Below are positions 17,820 through 27,736 of a stretch of 64,000 nt of DNA, piece by piece. Location: contig OY776562.1 in the NCBI GenBank assembly GCA_963675785.1, positions 960,001-1,024,000 of the forward strand, written 5' to 3'. The first letter of the stretch is position 1; each line of letters begins with the position of its first letter. This stretch comes from Anaerolineae bacterium (GTDB lineage Bacteria; Chloroflexota; Anaerolineae; UBA1429). The notes under the pieces are model-generated. The model ran no database searches. It was not told where the DNA came from and saw nothing but the letters and a program-made list of their open reading frames with translations. The translations under genes were made by a program, and so were the position numbers.

Positions 17820-19695
17820 TACATCAAATAATAGTGAAAAACCTCAGCCAACATTTGGTGCTCCGAGCGGACCGGGTTTGCCGCGTCCCGGTGGCATGGG
17901 TGGCGCTGGTCGTGGTCCGTATCAGGGTGGAGTTGTTCACGCCAAAGATGTCAAGGGAACCCTTGCGCGGCTCTGGTATTACCTGCGAGCCAACAAGCGC
18001 ATGCTTATTATCGTCATCCTCCTGGTTGCTGTGAGCACCGGATTGCAACTGATAGGCCCCTATCTGCAAGGCGTGGCTATCGATCAATTCATCTCGGTGG
18101 GCAATAGCGATGGTCTGGCTCGTTTGGTGCTGATCATGTTTGCGGCTTATGTCGGCGCTGCCATCGCAACCTGGGGAAACACCTATCTTGTGACAGTTTT
18201 AGCACAGCAGACAGTTTTTCAGATCCGTGGCGAATTGTTTGCACACTTGCAGCAGTTGTCTTTGCGCTACTTTGATTCCAGCGCCCACGGCGATCTGATG
18301 AGCCGTGTGACCAACGATGTGCAGCTTATTTCCGATACATTGGGTACTTCGGTAACACAGCTTGTGCAGGCCGTGCTTCAGGTTGTGGGTACTGCCATCA
18401 TGATGTTCATCATCGAGCCTCTTCTGGCCGTGGTGGCTCTGCTTGTGGTGCCTATGATGTTGGGTGTAACGGTGTATATTGCCCGCCATACTAAAACACG
18501 TTTTCGCGATCAACAATCGACCATGGGCGTGATGAATGGCCTTATCGAAGAGACGCTCTCTGGCGAGCAGGTGGTCAAGGCCTTTAGTAAAGAGGAAGAA
18601 GTCATAGCAGACTTTGAGGTTCGCAATGTGGCCTATCGCGAAGCTGCCATCAAGGCACAGACCTTTTCACTGTTGATGATGCCTTTGATGACCGTGATCA
18701 CCAATCTGGGATTGGCTCTTGTAGCTGGAACCGGCGGATACATGGTTGTGATGGGCCTTTCTACTGTGGGTACCATTGTGGCTTTTGTGACCTACGCCCG
18801 GCAGCTCTCAGAGCCCTTGCGTCAGGTGGCGAACCTGTGGAACCAGGTGCAATCGGCCATTGCCGGTGCTGAGCGTGTGTTTGAAGTGATGGACGAAGAT
18901 CCCGATCTCAAGGATTCGGCTGATGCCCGAGAGATGGGTCAGGTAGAGGGTGAAGTAATCTTTGATAATGTCTGCTTTGCCTATAAGAAGGGTGTGCCAA
19001 TCCTTAAGAATGTCAGCCTTCATGCAGAACCCGGCCAAACAGTTGCGCTTGTGGGCCCAACCGGTGCCGGTAAAACGACGATCATTAACCTGCTTACACG
19101 GTTCTATGATATCGATTCGGGCAGCATTACCATCGATGGTGTTGAGTTATGCGATTTGAAAAAGGCCGATCTCAGGCGTAAATTGGGCATTGTACTGCAA
19201 GATACCTTCTTATTCTCTGATACAGTGATGGCCAATATCCGTTATGGGCGCCTGGATGCTACAGATGAAGAGGTGTACGCAGCGGCCCAGTTGGCGAATG
19301 CAGATGCCTTTATCCGACACCTTCCTGAGGGGTACAACACGGTGCTTTCAGAGCGTGGTGGAAACCTGAGCCAGGGCCAGCGGCAGTTGTTGGCAATTGC
19401 GCGGGCTATGCTGGCCAATCCCAGCATTCTCATCCTCGACGAGGCCACCAGCAGCGTCGATACGCGTACAGAGGCCAACATCCAAGAAGCGCTGCTAAAG
19501 CTCATGAAGGGGCGAACGAGTTTTGTCATTGCCCACCGATTGAGCACCATTCGAGATGCCGACCAAGTTTTGGTGATCAATGATGGGCGCATCATCGAAA
19601 AGGGAAACCATCAACAGTTGTTGGCTGCACAGGGTTTTTACTACAACCTGTATATGAGCCAGTTCAAGGGGAGAAAAGAAGCCTTTACCGTCTAG
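17812..19695 (+). CDS. Heterodimeric ABC exporter subunit 2 (TM288-like)
   Basis: GPTGAGKTT, LSQGQ, LDEATS, AHR. Confidence 0.95.
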   Translation: MPNTSNNSEKPQPTFGAPSGPGLPRPGGMGGAGRGPYQGGVVHAKDVKGTLARLWYYLRANKRMLIIVILLVAVSTGLQLIGPYLQGVAIDQFISVGNSDGLARLVLIMFAAYVGAAIATWGNTYLVTVLAQQTVFQIRGELFAHLQQLSLRYFDSSAHGDLMSRVTNDVQLISDTLGTSVTQLVQAVLQVVGTAIMMFIIEPLLAVVALLVVPMMLGVTVYIARHTKTRFRDQQSTMGVMNGLIEETLSGEQVVKAFSKEEEVIADFEVRNVAYREAAIKAQTFSLLMMPLMTVITNLGLALVAGTGGYMVVMGLSTVGTIVAFVTYARQLSEPLRQVANLWNQVQSAIAGAERVFEVMDEDPDLKDSADAREMGQVEGEVIFDNVCFAYKKGVPILKNVSLHAEPGQTVALVGPTGAGKTTIINLLTRFYDIDSGSITIDGVELCDLKKADLRRKLGIVLQDTFLFSDTVMANIRYGRLDATDEEVYAAAQLANADAFIRHLPEGYNTVLSERGGNLSQGQRQLLAIARAMLANPSILILDEATSSVDTRTEANIQEALLKLMKGRTSFVIAHRLSTIRDADQVLVINDGRIIEKGNHQQLLAAQGFYYNLYMSQFKGRKEAFTV

Positions 19696-19709
19696 TTTTG
19701 GACCCAGAT

Positions 19710-19748
19710 AAAAAAACAGGGGCACTCAAACGAGTGCCCCTGTTTTTT
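19710..19748. terminator. Bidirectional terminator
   Basis: aaaaaacaggggcactc-aaac-gagtgcccctgtttttt between convergent genes. Confidence 0.9.
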
Positions 19749-21063
19749 ATTGCGCGGTTGTATTGGCGGGTTCTTTGGGTCTGAGTGGAAATAGGAAGAA
19801 CATCCCGGCCCCGAGAAGTCGCAGAACGCCACTGACGATGATGGTGTTCAAAAGGCCGATTTCGTCGGCCAACCACACGCCGAGCATTGGGCCAATAAAG
19901 GCGCCGGCGTTCATCACCATGCTATAGACGGCTGTTGCCGAATACTTTTTCTCTGGCGGCATGAGGTCGAACCAGATCATGGAATGGCTGAGATTCACGC
20001 CAGACCCCAACAGGTTTAGCAGAAAGCTAATGAACAAAATAAAGCCCAGGTTTGGCCACAAGGCCATCAAGAATGCTTGCAGGCACATGAGCGGTGCCGC
20101 GATGAGCAAGGTGCGATTCTCGCCGAATTTGCGCATGATGCGCTGCCAGATGAAATAGCCCAGCAGTACACCAATGTTAGAAATCATACCATTGACTCCT
20201 ACCCACCCATCTGATGCGCCAAGTTCTCGAACGCAAAAGATGGTGAACAGGGGTCCCAACATCCAGGCGCCAATGTTGAAAAACAAGGTGTCCAGGATGA
20301 TGGTAGAGAACCCATGGCTCTTAAAGGTGATCTCTTTGATGCTAACCCAGATGGACTCACGCTTCTCGTGGGTGGGCACATTTTTCTTTTCAGGAGGAGT
20401 TTCTATTAGGCCAATCATATAGGTGCTAACACCGCCAAGAAGCGCTCCGGCAAGATACATCCACTGATAGTTACCAGGGAAGGCATGTGCATCGAGCCAC
20501 AGGCCAGCCAGATAGATACCCAGGGCCACCACGCCACTGCTAAAGATGTTACGCCAGGAGATCACGATGCTGCGCTTGTTACGGGGTATCACATCCGCTA
20601 ACAACGGACTCCATGCGGTAGAAAAGACAACGTTTGGAACTTGGCCCAACACCAGGATTGCAACGGCGGCTTCGGCAGCATGGTTGGGGAATAGCCAGGG
20701 GAGTACCGGCAGCACGAAATAGGGCAAGCGTGCCAACAGTACGCTCCAGACAACGCACGATTTGATCTCTTTGAGACGTTCTAGTAGCCGAGCACTGGGC
20801 ATAAAAGCAAGCACAGCTACCAATGCCGGAAGAGAGGACAGCAAACCGACCAGCGTATTTGAGCCGCCGAGGCGGATGATGAAGGTGCTGTTAAAGTTTG
20901 CTGCGGCCGATAGCAGTGAGGCAAAAATAACTTCCATATACAGAAAATAGGTATTGCGTTCATCTCGTGTGCTCGGAGGAACGAGCACAGAGCGAATTGC
21001 ACTATTCGTATGATTCCAGACAGCCCTGGCGTTGGGTTTTCTGATGGCGTGCAGCCTACTCAA
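19747..21063 (-). CDS. MFS transporter
   Basis: About 12 TM helices; TTG start at 21063 preceded by AGGAG. Confidence 0.85.
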   Translation of the reverse strand: MSRLHAIRKPNARAVWNHTNSAIRSVLVPPSTRDERNTYFLYMEVIFASLLSAAANFNSTFIIRLGGSNTLVGLLSSLPALVAVLAFMPSARLLERLKEIKSCVVWSVLLARLPYFVLPVLPWLFPNHAAEAAVAILVLGQVPNVVFSTAWSPLLADVIPRNKRSIVISWRNIFSSGVVALGIYLAGLWLDAHAFPGNYQWMYLAGALLGGVSTYMIGLIETPPEKKNVPTHEKRESIWVSIKEITFKSHGFSTIILDTLFFNIGAWMLGPLFTIFCVRELGASDGWVGVNGMISNIGVLLGYFIWQRIMRKFGENRTLLIAAPLMCLQAFLMALWPNLGFILFISFLLNLLGSGVNLSHSMIWFDLMPPEKKYSATAVYSMVMNAGAFIGPMLGVWLADEIGLLNTIIVSGVLRLLGAGMFFLFPLRPKEPANTTAQ

Positions 21064-21167
21064 AATACATACTCCTGCATATGTTCTGACAGACAATGCC
21101 GGGATAGCGCTATTGCTATCCCGGACGTAATGGGCCGTACTATATCATAAATGAATCGCTTGTCGAA

Positions 21168-21650
21168 TCAGACCGTGTCAAATTCGAGTGCTTTTATAAC
21201 GGGCTCCAGGGCTTTTGGTTCCAATTCCTCGACACCGCTCAAAAGGGGATCATTTTTGGTCAAGACCTTGAGCAGGGGGCCAAAGACGGGAATATAAGAT
21301 CGGCGCATCTGCCCTAGTAGGTGGATGTGCTCGGTGCTTGCCAGCATATCGGCCGGGAGCGATTCCTTCAACCACCCCGGTATCTCTGGATCATCCTCAG
21401 CTGCTGCGGATACCGTAACCAGGATCACTTGCTTGTCCTGTACGCGGCGCCACAGCGCAGCCAGTGCGTTGGCTCCCTTGAGCTTGCCGATGTAGAATGG
21501 TCCCGCTAGAACAATTCTATCATAAATATCGAGATCGGGGGGCAAAAGATCGCCCGTTGCATAAATATCCGAATCAATGCGTTCGTGCAGCATTTCGGCA
21601 TATTGCCGGGTGGTGCCGTGGCGGGATTTATAATAGATGAGGGTTTTCAT
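21168..21650 (-). CDS. Flavodoxin-domain protein (HemG-like)
   Basis: YKSRHGTTRQYAE FMN-binding loop, YDRIVLAGPFYIG. Confidence 0.8.
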   Translation of the reverse strand: MKTLIYYKSRHGTTRQYAEMLHERIDSDIYATGDLLPPDLDIYDRIVLAGPFYIGKLKGANALAALWRRVQDKQVILVTVSAAAEDDPEIPGWLKESLPADMLASTEHIHLLGQMRRSYIPVFGPLLKVLTKNDPLLSGVEELEPKALEPVIKALEFDTV

Positions 21651-21773
21651 GTTAGGCTCCATTCGCTTTATATGCTCCTAACAATACGCGTCTTGGTGTA
21701 AAAAGGTTGCCTCCCTTTGACATTGGCTTGCGGTACAGCTAGAATCGTACATCAGGATAGGAGGATCGAGGAT

Positions 21774-22226
21774 ATGGATTATTATTATGGAGTTCGAGGC
21801 TGGATGGAACTCTCCTGGCCAGAAGCTGACATAGAAGGCGTAGAAGAGTCTGAAGAGGCACATGCGGAAAAGGTCGATAAAATCCGCGAGTTACTTTGTT
21901 GCCCTCTCTCTGACGAGGATCTGGATGAAGCCGAGGGCGATACGGATGAATCCGTCCGAGCCGGGTGGTGTTTTCCGCAATCGACACTGGGCGGCACTGA
22001 GTATGTGATGTTTGGGGCGGATGTAACCGAGCCGGATATCGTGCTGGAGCAGGTTCGTCAGCTTTTGGCGATTGATGCCTTTGCCGATGGCTTTTTCTCT
22101 ATCGAAGGCGAGGATGGCGATTCAGCCTGGCAGTGGCTGATTGTTTCCGGAAAGCTTTATCAACGTGACACTCTTTTCCCCGATTTTGAGAGTGAGGGCG
22201 TACCGGGCGGATATCGCGCCATCTAG
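21774..22226 (+). CDS. Acidic hypothetical protein
   Basis: RBS, upstream TTGACA-N17-TAGAAT promoter and downstream terminator; D/E-rich. Confidence 0.75.
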   Translation: MDYYYGVRGWMELSWPEADIEGVEESEEAHAEKVDKIRELLCCPLSDEDLDEAEGDTDESVRAGWCFPQSTLGGTEYVMFGADVTEPDIVLEQVRQLLAIDAFADGFFSIEGEDGDSAWQWLIVSGKLYQRDTLFPDFESEGVPGGYRAI

Positions 22227-22244
22227 TCCAAACAGATATAGAAC

Positions 22245-22276
22245 AACAGGACGGCTTATTCAAGCCGTCCTGTTTT
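22245..22276. terminator. Terminator between convergent genes
   Basis: aacaggacggctt-attc-aagccgtcctgtttt. Confidence 0.85.
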
Positions 22277-22298
22277 AGATTATCAGATGCCCACAGCG

Positions 22299-23354
22299 TC
22301 ATTGCAGATGCTCTGGCGAAACTGTATTTTGGGTCGTTGCAGCTTGAGCAGCTTTTTCTTCTGCTTGATACTGTTGTTCGGCGATAAAACGCTCGGCTTC
22401 CATAGCTGCTGCAGCGCCAGTTCCAGCAGCGATTACAGTCTGCCTAAAGTTCGGATCCTGCACGTCGCCGGCGGCATAGATGCCTGGCAAAGTAGTCCGT
22501 TGGCGTTTGTCGGTTAGAATATAACCATCGGGCGTGAGCTCTAATTTGCCATCAATGAGGGCAACGTTGGGGCGAAAGCCGATGTAAACAAATATGCCGT
22601 CTGCCGGAATAACCTGCGTCTCGTCCGTCTTGTTATTGCGCACGCGTATCCCAGTTACGGTATCATCCCCCAATACTTCTTCAACTTCGGAATCCCAGAC
22701 GAACTCCATTTTGGGATTGGCAAAGGCGCGTTGTTGCAGCAAAGCATTAGCTCGCAATGTGTCGCGGCGATGCACGACGGTTACCTTGCTGGCAAAGCGG
22801 GTGAGGTAAAGACCTTCGTCGATTGCACTGTCTCCGCCGCCTACCACAACAATGGGGCGATCGCGGTAGAAATAACCATCGCAGGTGGCACAGAAGGATA
22901 CACCACGTCCGATGAATTGGGATTCGCCGGGTACGCCCAACTTGCGTGGCGCGGCACCGGTGCACAGGATGATCGCCTTGGTGCGGTAGGTTGCACCATA
23001 AGTTCTGACGATGTACGGGTAGACCGTTTCGTCGATTTCGGTGACAACCTCATAGACAAGCTCGGCACCAAATTTGATGGCCTGTTTGGCAATGGATTCT
23101 GCCAGAGCCATGCCGTTAATGCCATCAGCGAACCCTGGATAGTTTTCCATCTCGTTACTGGTAGCTGCCTGCCCACCAAACGCTTGCCCAAGAAGCACAA
23201 GTGGCTTAAGCTGAGCACGACCACCATAAATGGCCGCCGTGAGTCCCGCCGGTCCGCCGCCGATAATGATGAGCTCACGATCGATAATGCGTTCTTTTGG
23301 CTCTTCAGCACTTTCCGTATCTGCCAGGTTGAGTGATAGTGTGATTTCGTCCAT
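22299..23354 (-). CDS. trxB: Thioredoxin-disulfide reductase
   Basis: GGGPAG, GVSFCATCDG, GGGDSA, VHRR, AAGD. Confidence 0.96.
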   Translation of the reverse strand: MDEITLSLNLADTESAEEPKERIIDRELIIIGGGPAGLTAAIYGGRAQLKPLVLLGQAFGGQAATSNEMENYPGFADGINGMALAESIAKQAIKFGAELVYEVVTEIDETVYPYIVRTYGATYRTKAIILCTGAAPRKLGVPGESQFIGRGVSFCATCDGYFYRDRPIVVVGGGDSAIDEGLYLTRFASKVTVVHRRDTLRANALLQQRAFANPKMEFVWDSEVEEVLGDDTVTGIRVRNNKTDETQVIPADGIFVYIGFRPNVALIDGKLELTPDGYILTDKRQRTTLPGIYAAGDVQDPNFRQTVIAAGTGAAAAMEAERFIAEQQYQAEEKAAQAATTQNTVSPEHLQ

Positions 23355-23387
23355 AAAAGCCTCCCGGTGGAATAAGAGTTATCTATA

Positions 23388-23446
23388 TACCCATAGGGGG
23401 TACCCTTATCCATGGCTATTGTAACACCCCCTAATCATTCTGTCAA
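23388..23446 (-). promoter_or_regulatory. trxB promoter with downstream CsoR/CstR-type operator
   Basis: Minus strand TTGACA(23446)-N17-TACAAT(23423); operator TACCCCCTATGGGTA at 23402-23388. Confidence 0.7.
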
Positions 23447-23477
23447 TGTTAACACAAATGTGCTTGGAGGGTCTACC

Positions 23478-24179
23478 TTGCGAGAGATACTACTGGTGGA
23501 AGATAACGCCCAACTTGCCTCGACCATTCTCGATCAGCTGAGCAAAGAGGGCTATGCTGCGCGTTGGGCTGCCGACGGGCTGGAGGCCTTGGCGATGTTT
23601 CGCCGCGCCGAACCAGACCTGATCCTTTTGGATTGGATGTTACCCAAACTAAGCGGGCTAGATGTGCTCAAGCAAATTCGGACGATCTCTCCGGTTCCTG
23701 TATTGATGTTGACGGCTCGAACCGACGAAACTGACAGGGTGGTGGGCCTAGAACTGGGTGCCGATGACTATGTGGCCAAGCCCTTTGGCATGCGCGAACT
23801 ATTGGCCCGGATCCGGGCTCTGTTTCGCCGATTGGAGCATGTGCAGCAGATCGTTGCCGGAGATCGCTTGGGGGTTTTTCAGACGGTTGAATACCAAGGC
23901 CGATTACGCCTTGAACCCGATGGGTATGAAGCATACTTGGATAGCGAACGGCTCGATCTGACACGTACCGAGTTTGATTTGCTGGTATTGTTAGCCAGCA
24001 ATCCGGGAAGGGCCTTTAGCCGGGATTATTTGATCGAAGTGGTTTGGGGTGAGACGCGTGTGACGGGCGATCGCTCCGTTGATAACGCCATGTCGCGCTT
24101 GCGGCGCAAGCTCGGCGATCTTGGCGAGGCAATCGAGGCGGTTTGGGGCGTTGGGTACAGATTAAGGCGGGAGCTGTGA
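23478..24179 (+). CDS. OmpR-family response regulator
   Basis: LLVED, LLDWMLP, GADDYVAKPF, winged helix VWGVGY. Confidence 0.95.
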   Translation: MREILLVEDNAQLASTILDQLSKEGYAARWAADGLEALAMFRRAEPDLILLDWMLPKLSGLDVLKQIRTISPVPVLMLTARTDETDRVVGLELGADDYVAKPFGMRELLARIRALFRRLEHVQQIVAGDRLGVFQTVEYQGRLRLEPDGYEAYLDSERLDLTRTEFDLLVLLASNPGRAFSRDYLIEVVWGETRVTGDRSVDNAMSRLRRKLGDLGEAIEAVWGVGYRLRREL

Positions 24180-25720
24180 CGAAGAAACAGAATTGGGTCT
24201 CTCGGGTTTCAAGTGCTCTCTTGTTGCGAGTTAGCCCACTCCAGGCGCTTTTGGAGGGGGTTGCTTTTCTTGTATTGGCACTGACACTCTTGGTGCTGGG
24301 CTATGAGACTCTTGGCGAACATACCTACTCACAGATGGCGCTTTTTAGTGGCTGTGTTGCGGCTGCCTGGAGCGCATTACGCCTGCGGTTGCACAATGCG
24401 AGATTTTGGCGGCTTGTGTGGCGAGAGATTTTTATTGCCGGCGGTCTCACGCTCCTGATGCTCATGAGCTATGCACTCGTCGCCAAATATGATGCGGGCT
24501 TGAATTCTGGTGCGACCCTTAGCTCGGATGGTGTGTTCGCTGTTATCCTCTCTATTATGGTCTACAGTGGCTTGCGCGTGCTGCTTTATGTGGTGATGGC
24601 GCTCAAGCGCGGCGTCGAATCTCGGCTCTTTTGGTCTTTGGTCAGTGTGCAACTCGAGATCGTGGTGGTTGCTGCACTCGCTGTGGCTGTTTTTGTGGGT
24701 ATCGGGGGCATTCTAGTCTCAGGCGACGATTTCTTTGATGCTTTTCTATTTACATCCCTACCTTCTGCAGGGATCATCATCGTACTAGCAGGTGGTTTGA
24801 TGGTGTGCCTGTTGCCATTTGCCGCCTTGGTTTCCGCGCTCAGTGTAAGGCGCATTGTAGGCCGTATAGAAGGCTTGGCCGTTGTTGCCAGGCAAATGAG
24901 TGAAGGGGACCTCTCAGTACGTGTAGATGTTATCGGAACGGATGAGATTGCTTCTATGCAGCAGAGCTTTAACGATATGGCTGCAAAGCTGGAACAGGCC
25001 ATGCATGATCTGGCTGATGAACGGGATCATGTGAGTACCCTGTTGGAAACCCGACGTGATCTCTATGCAAAGGTCTCTCACGAGCTGCGAACGCCAGTTA
25101 CCATTATTCGCAGTAAACTCGAGGCACTTCAGACTGGTGCACCTTCCGAAGAGACATATCGCGAATCAGTGGAACAGCTTTTGACGGAGACGTTGCGTTT
25201 ACAGCGTTTGATCGACGATGTGTTCGATCTTTCTCGTTCTCAAGCGAACGGGCTTTTACTCCAAATGAGAGAACTTGACATAAATGATATTCTTCAGGAG
25301 CGCTGCCAAACGTTAGGCACGATGGCCTGGGAACGTTACAAAGTTACCCTAAATTGTAGTGGTGAATTGGGGCTGCAGGCCCGATTGGACAAGCAGCGTT
25401 TCGAACAAATACTGGTCAACCTCATCATGAATGCGTTGCGCCATACATCACCCGGCGGCATTGTCTCTTTGAGTGTAGAACGGCAAGGGGAGCAGATTGT
25501 CGTGCGCGTTGCTGATACTGGCGACGGCATACCCCCTGATGAGCTGAACAGGGTGTGGAAGCCTTTTTATCGCGGAATATCGGACGAGGATGTTGAAACT
25601 GGCTCTGGGCTTGGGCTTGCTATTGTGCACGAGATGACTCTGGCTATGCAGGGTTCAGTTAGTGTGACCAGTGAGGTGGGCAAGGGCACAGAGTTCACCT
25701 TGGCTTTTCCAGCTATTTAG
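24176..25720 (+). CDS. Membrane sensor histidine kinase (multi-TM, HAMP)
   Basis: SHELRTP, NLIMNALRH, DTGDGI, GSGLGL. Confidence 0.95.
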   Translation: MTKKQNWVSRVSSALLLRVSPLQALLEGVAFLVLALTLLVLGYETLGEHTYSQMALFSGCVAAAWSALRLRLHNARFWRLVWREIFIAGGLTLLMLMSYALVAKYDAGLNSGATLSSDGVFAVILSIMVYSGLRVLLYVVMALKRGVESRLFWSLVSVQLEIVVVAALAVAVFVGIGGILVSGDDFFDAFLFTSLPSAGIIIVLAGGLMVCLLPFAALVSALSVRRIVGRIEGLAVVARQMSEGDLSVRVDVIGTDEIASMQQSFNDMAAKLEQAMHDLADERDHVSTLLETRRDLYAKVSHELRTPVTIIRSKLEALQTGAPSEETYRESVEQLLTETLRLQRLIDDVFDLSRSQANGLLLQMRELDINDILQERCQTLGTMAWERYKVTLNCSGELGLQARLDKQRFEQILVNLIMNALRHTSPGGIVSLSVERQGEQIVVRVADTGDGIPPDELNRVWKPFYRGISDEDVETGSGLGLAIVHEMTLAMQGSVSVTSEVGKGTEFTLAFPAI

Positions 25721-25728
25721 CATTTTCC

Positions 25729-25766
25729 AGAGGGCCGCAAGCAGATTCTGCTTGCGGCCCTCTTTT
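25729..25766 (+). terminator. Rho-independent terminator
   Basis: agagggccgcaagcag-att-ctgcttgcggccctctttt. Confidence 0.9.
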
Positions 25767-25854
25767 GTTGCGACAGTTTTGACACAGTTTCTACAAACTT
25801 TTGCGATATGCCTGTTCTATTCTTAATCTGTTGATTCGATGCAGGAGGTTCGAT

Positions 25855-26814
25855 ATGTACGAACAGGCAATTGTTACCAACCATCTTTGTAAATGGTTTG
25901 GTGATGTGGTCGCCGTGGATAATGTCTCACTCAATGTGCCCGCCGGCAGTGTTTATGCTTTTCTGGGCCCCAATGGCGCTGGCAAGACAACGACGATCCG
26001 CATGTTACTGGGTCTCATCAAGCCAACGGGCGGCGACGTAAGTATGCTGGGCGAGATCAGACCTTCTCGCCCACGGCGGGGTTTGGCCAGAGTGGGCTCT
26101 CTTGTCGAGTCGCCCTCTATCTATGGCCATCTGACAGGGCGCGAGAACATAGAAGTCCTGCGCCGTCTTGCGGATTATCCGGTAGGGGATGTCGATCGCG
26201 TACTGACTACTGTTGGGTTGCAGGATGTCGCTGACCGTAAGGCTAAAACCTATTCCTTGGGTATGAAACAGCGCTTGGGCGTGGCTGAGGCCTTGCTGGG
26301 GGATCCTGTGCTGTTGCTTTTGGATGAACCTTCGAATGGCCTGGACCCGGCTGGTATGCGTGAGATACGCGATCTGATTCGTCAATTGGCTCGTGAGCAG
26401 GGCATCACTGTCTTTCTTAGTACCCATTTGCTTACCGAAGTCGAGCAGGTAGCAACGGATGTGGCGGTTATTCGTCAAGGAAGTCTCTTGTACCAGGGTA
26501 CGCTGGCTGATTTGCGAAATCAATCGACCAGCATGTTGGCCATACGTTGTGGCAATGTGCCAAAGGCTAAACAAGTCCTGGACGCACTGGGTTGGAATGT
26601 ACAAGCAGATGAAACAGGCAAGTTGCTTGTCGAGGCACATTCACCTTCTGATGCAGCTCTTGTGAACCGCCAACTCGTTCAGGCTGATGTCGCCGTTTGG
26701 GAGTTGGAACTTCAAGTCCCTGATCTGGAGCACGTTTTCATGTCGCTGGTTGGGGATCAGCCTGAACCAGTTACCACTCGTCGTGTTCATCTGCCCGCAC
26801 CAAGTTTCAATTAG
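25855..26814 (+). CDS. LanF/BcrA-like ABC ATPase
   Basis: GPNGAGKTT, E-loop LVESP, YSLGMKQRLG, LDEPSNGLDP. Confidence 0.9.
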   Translation: MYEQAIVTNHLCKWFGDVVAVDNVSLNVPAGSVYAFLGPNGAGKTTTIRMLLGLIKPTGGDVSMLGEIRPSRPRRGLARVGSLVESPSIYGHLTGRENIEVLRRLADYPVGDVDRVLTTVGLQDVADRKAKTYSLGMKQRLGVAEALLGDPVLLLLDEPSNGLDPAGMREIRDLIRQLAREQGITVFLSTHLLTEVEQVATDVAVIRQGSLLYQGTLADLRNQSTSMLAIRCGNVPKAKQVLDALGWNVQADETGKLLVEAHSPSDAALVNRQLVQADVAVWELELQVPDLEHVFMSLVGDQPEPVTTRRVHLPAPSFN

Positions 26815-26823
26815 GAGAATATC

Positions 26824-27573
26824 ATGCAAGATATGTTACGCGCTTTACGTTCTGAACTCTTAAAGACCAAAAACTCGCTAGCTCTGTGGATGTCTTTTAT
26901 CGCCCCTCTTGCTATTGTAGGTTTGGTATTCTTGGTCGAATGGAATCAGCCGTCATCGCGGGGGGCTGAGTCATGGATGTGGCATGGACAATCGGTGATG
27001 ACTTATTGGACCTTGCTTTTGCTGACGATGTTCATTTCCTTGGAATGTGCTTTGCTTGCCGGTTTGGATCACCAGAGTGACCATTGGAAGACGCTGTTTT
27101 CATTGCCGGTATCGCGCAAGGCCATCTATTGGGCAAAAATCGTCACCGTCGCCTTACTCGTTGGGATTGCCACGGTTGTATTGGTAGCGGGGACAATTGT
27201 CTCTGGTGTTTTGTTGCGCCTGCTTACACCGGGCATGGGGTTTGAATCTATGCCACCGATAAGTACCTTTGCGCTCTATGGCGCTTATATATACGTGGCT
27301 GCTTTGTTGATCATGGCCATTCATACTTGGATCGCTATTCGTTGGAGTAGTTTTGTCGTCAATATGGGCGTAGGGATCGTCATGATGGTCGCGGCGGCTT
27401 TTGTCATTATGAGTGAATATGCTCCCTATTTCCCCTGGAGCATGCCCTTTCTGTTTGGCAACGGGATGATATCGGGTGACGTTTACCCCAATCTCTTGTG
27501 GGTTAGTTCGATCGGGTTTGTAGTTCTCGGTCTGTTGGGCAGTATGCACGTCGCCCATCGCGATGTGAACTAA
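26824..27573 (+). CDS. LanE/G-like ABC-2 permease
   Basis: SELLKTK N-terminus, WKTLFSLPVSR, YFPW; six TM helices. Confidence 0.85.
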   Translation: MQDMLRALRSELLKTKNSLALWMSFIAPLAIVGLVFLVEWNQPSSRGAESWMWHGQSVMTYWTLLLLTMFISLECALLAGLDHQSDHWKTLFSLPVSRKAIYWAKIVTVALLVGIATVVLVAGTIVSGVLLRLLTPGMGFESMPPISTFALYGAYIYVAALLIMAIHTWIAIRWSSFVVNMGVGIVMMVAAAFVIMSEYAPYFPWSMPFLFGNGMISGDVYPNLLWVSSIGFVVLGLLGSMHVAHRDVN

Positions 27574-27582
27574 CAGTTTTTG

Positions 27583-27616
27583 AAGAGCCCCCGCACAACG
27601 TGCGAGGGCTTTTTTT
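27583..27616 (+). terminator. Rho-independent terminator
   Basis: agcccccgcac-aac-gtgcgagggct followed by a T run. Confidence 0.8.
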
Positions 27617-27736
27617 AGTTGATAAGCAACTCAGTTTCGTTTACCATGTTTGTGTGATAGCTATTCGGGAGCTTTTAGTTGCGAGGCCCGGCAAGCTCTG
27701 GTTGTTAGCCAAGTGTGAATCTGCGAGAGAGGATGT

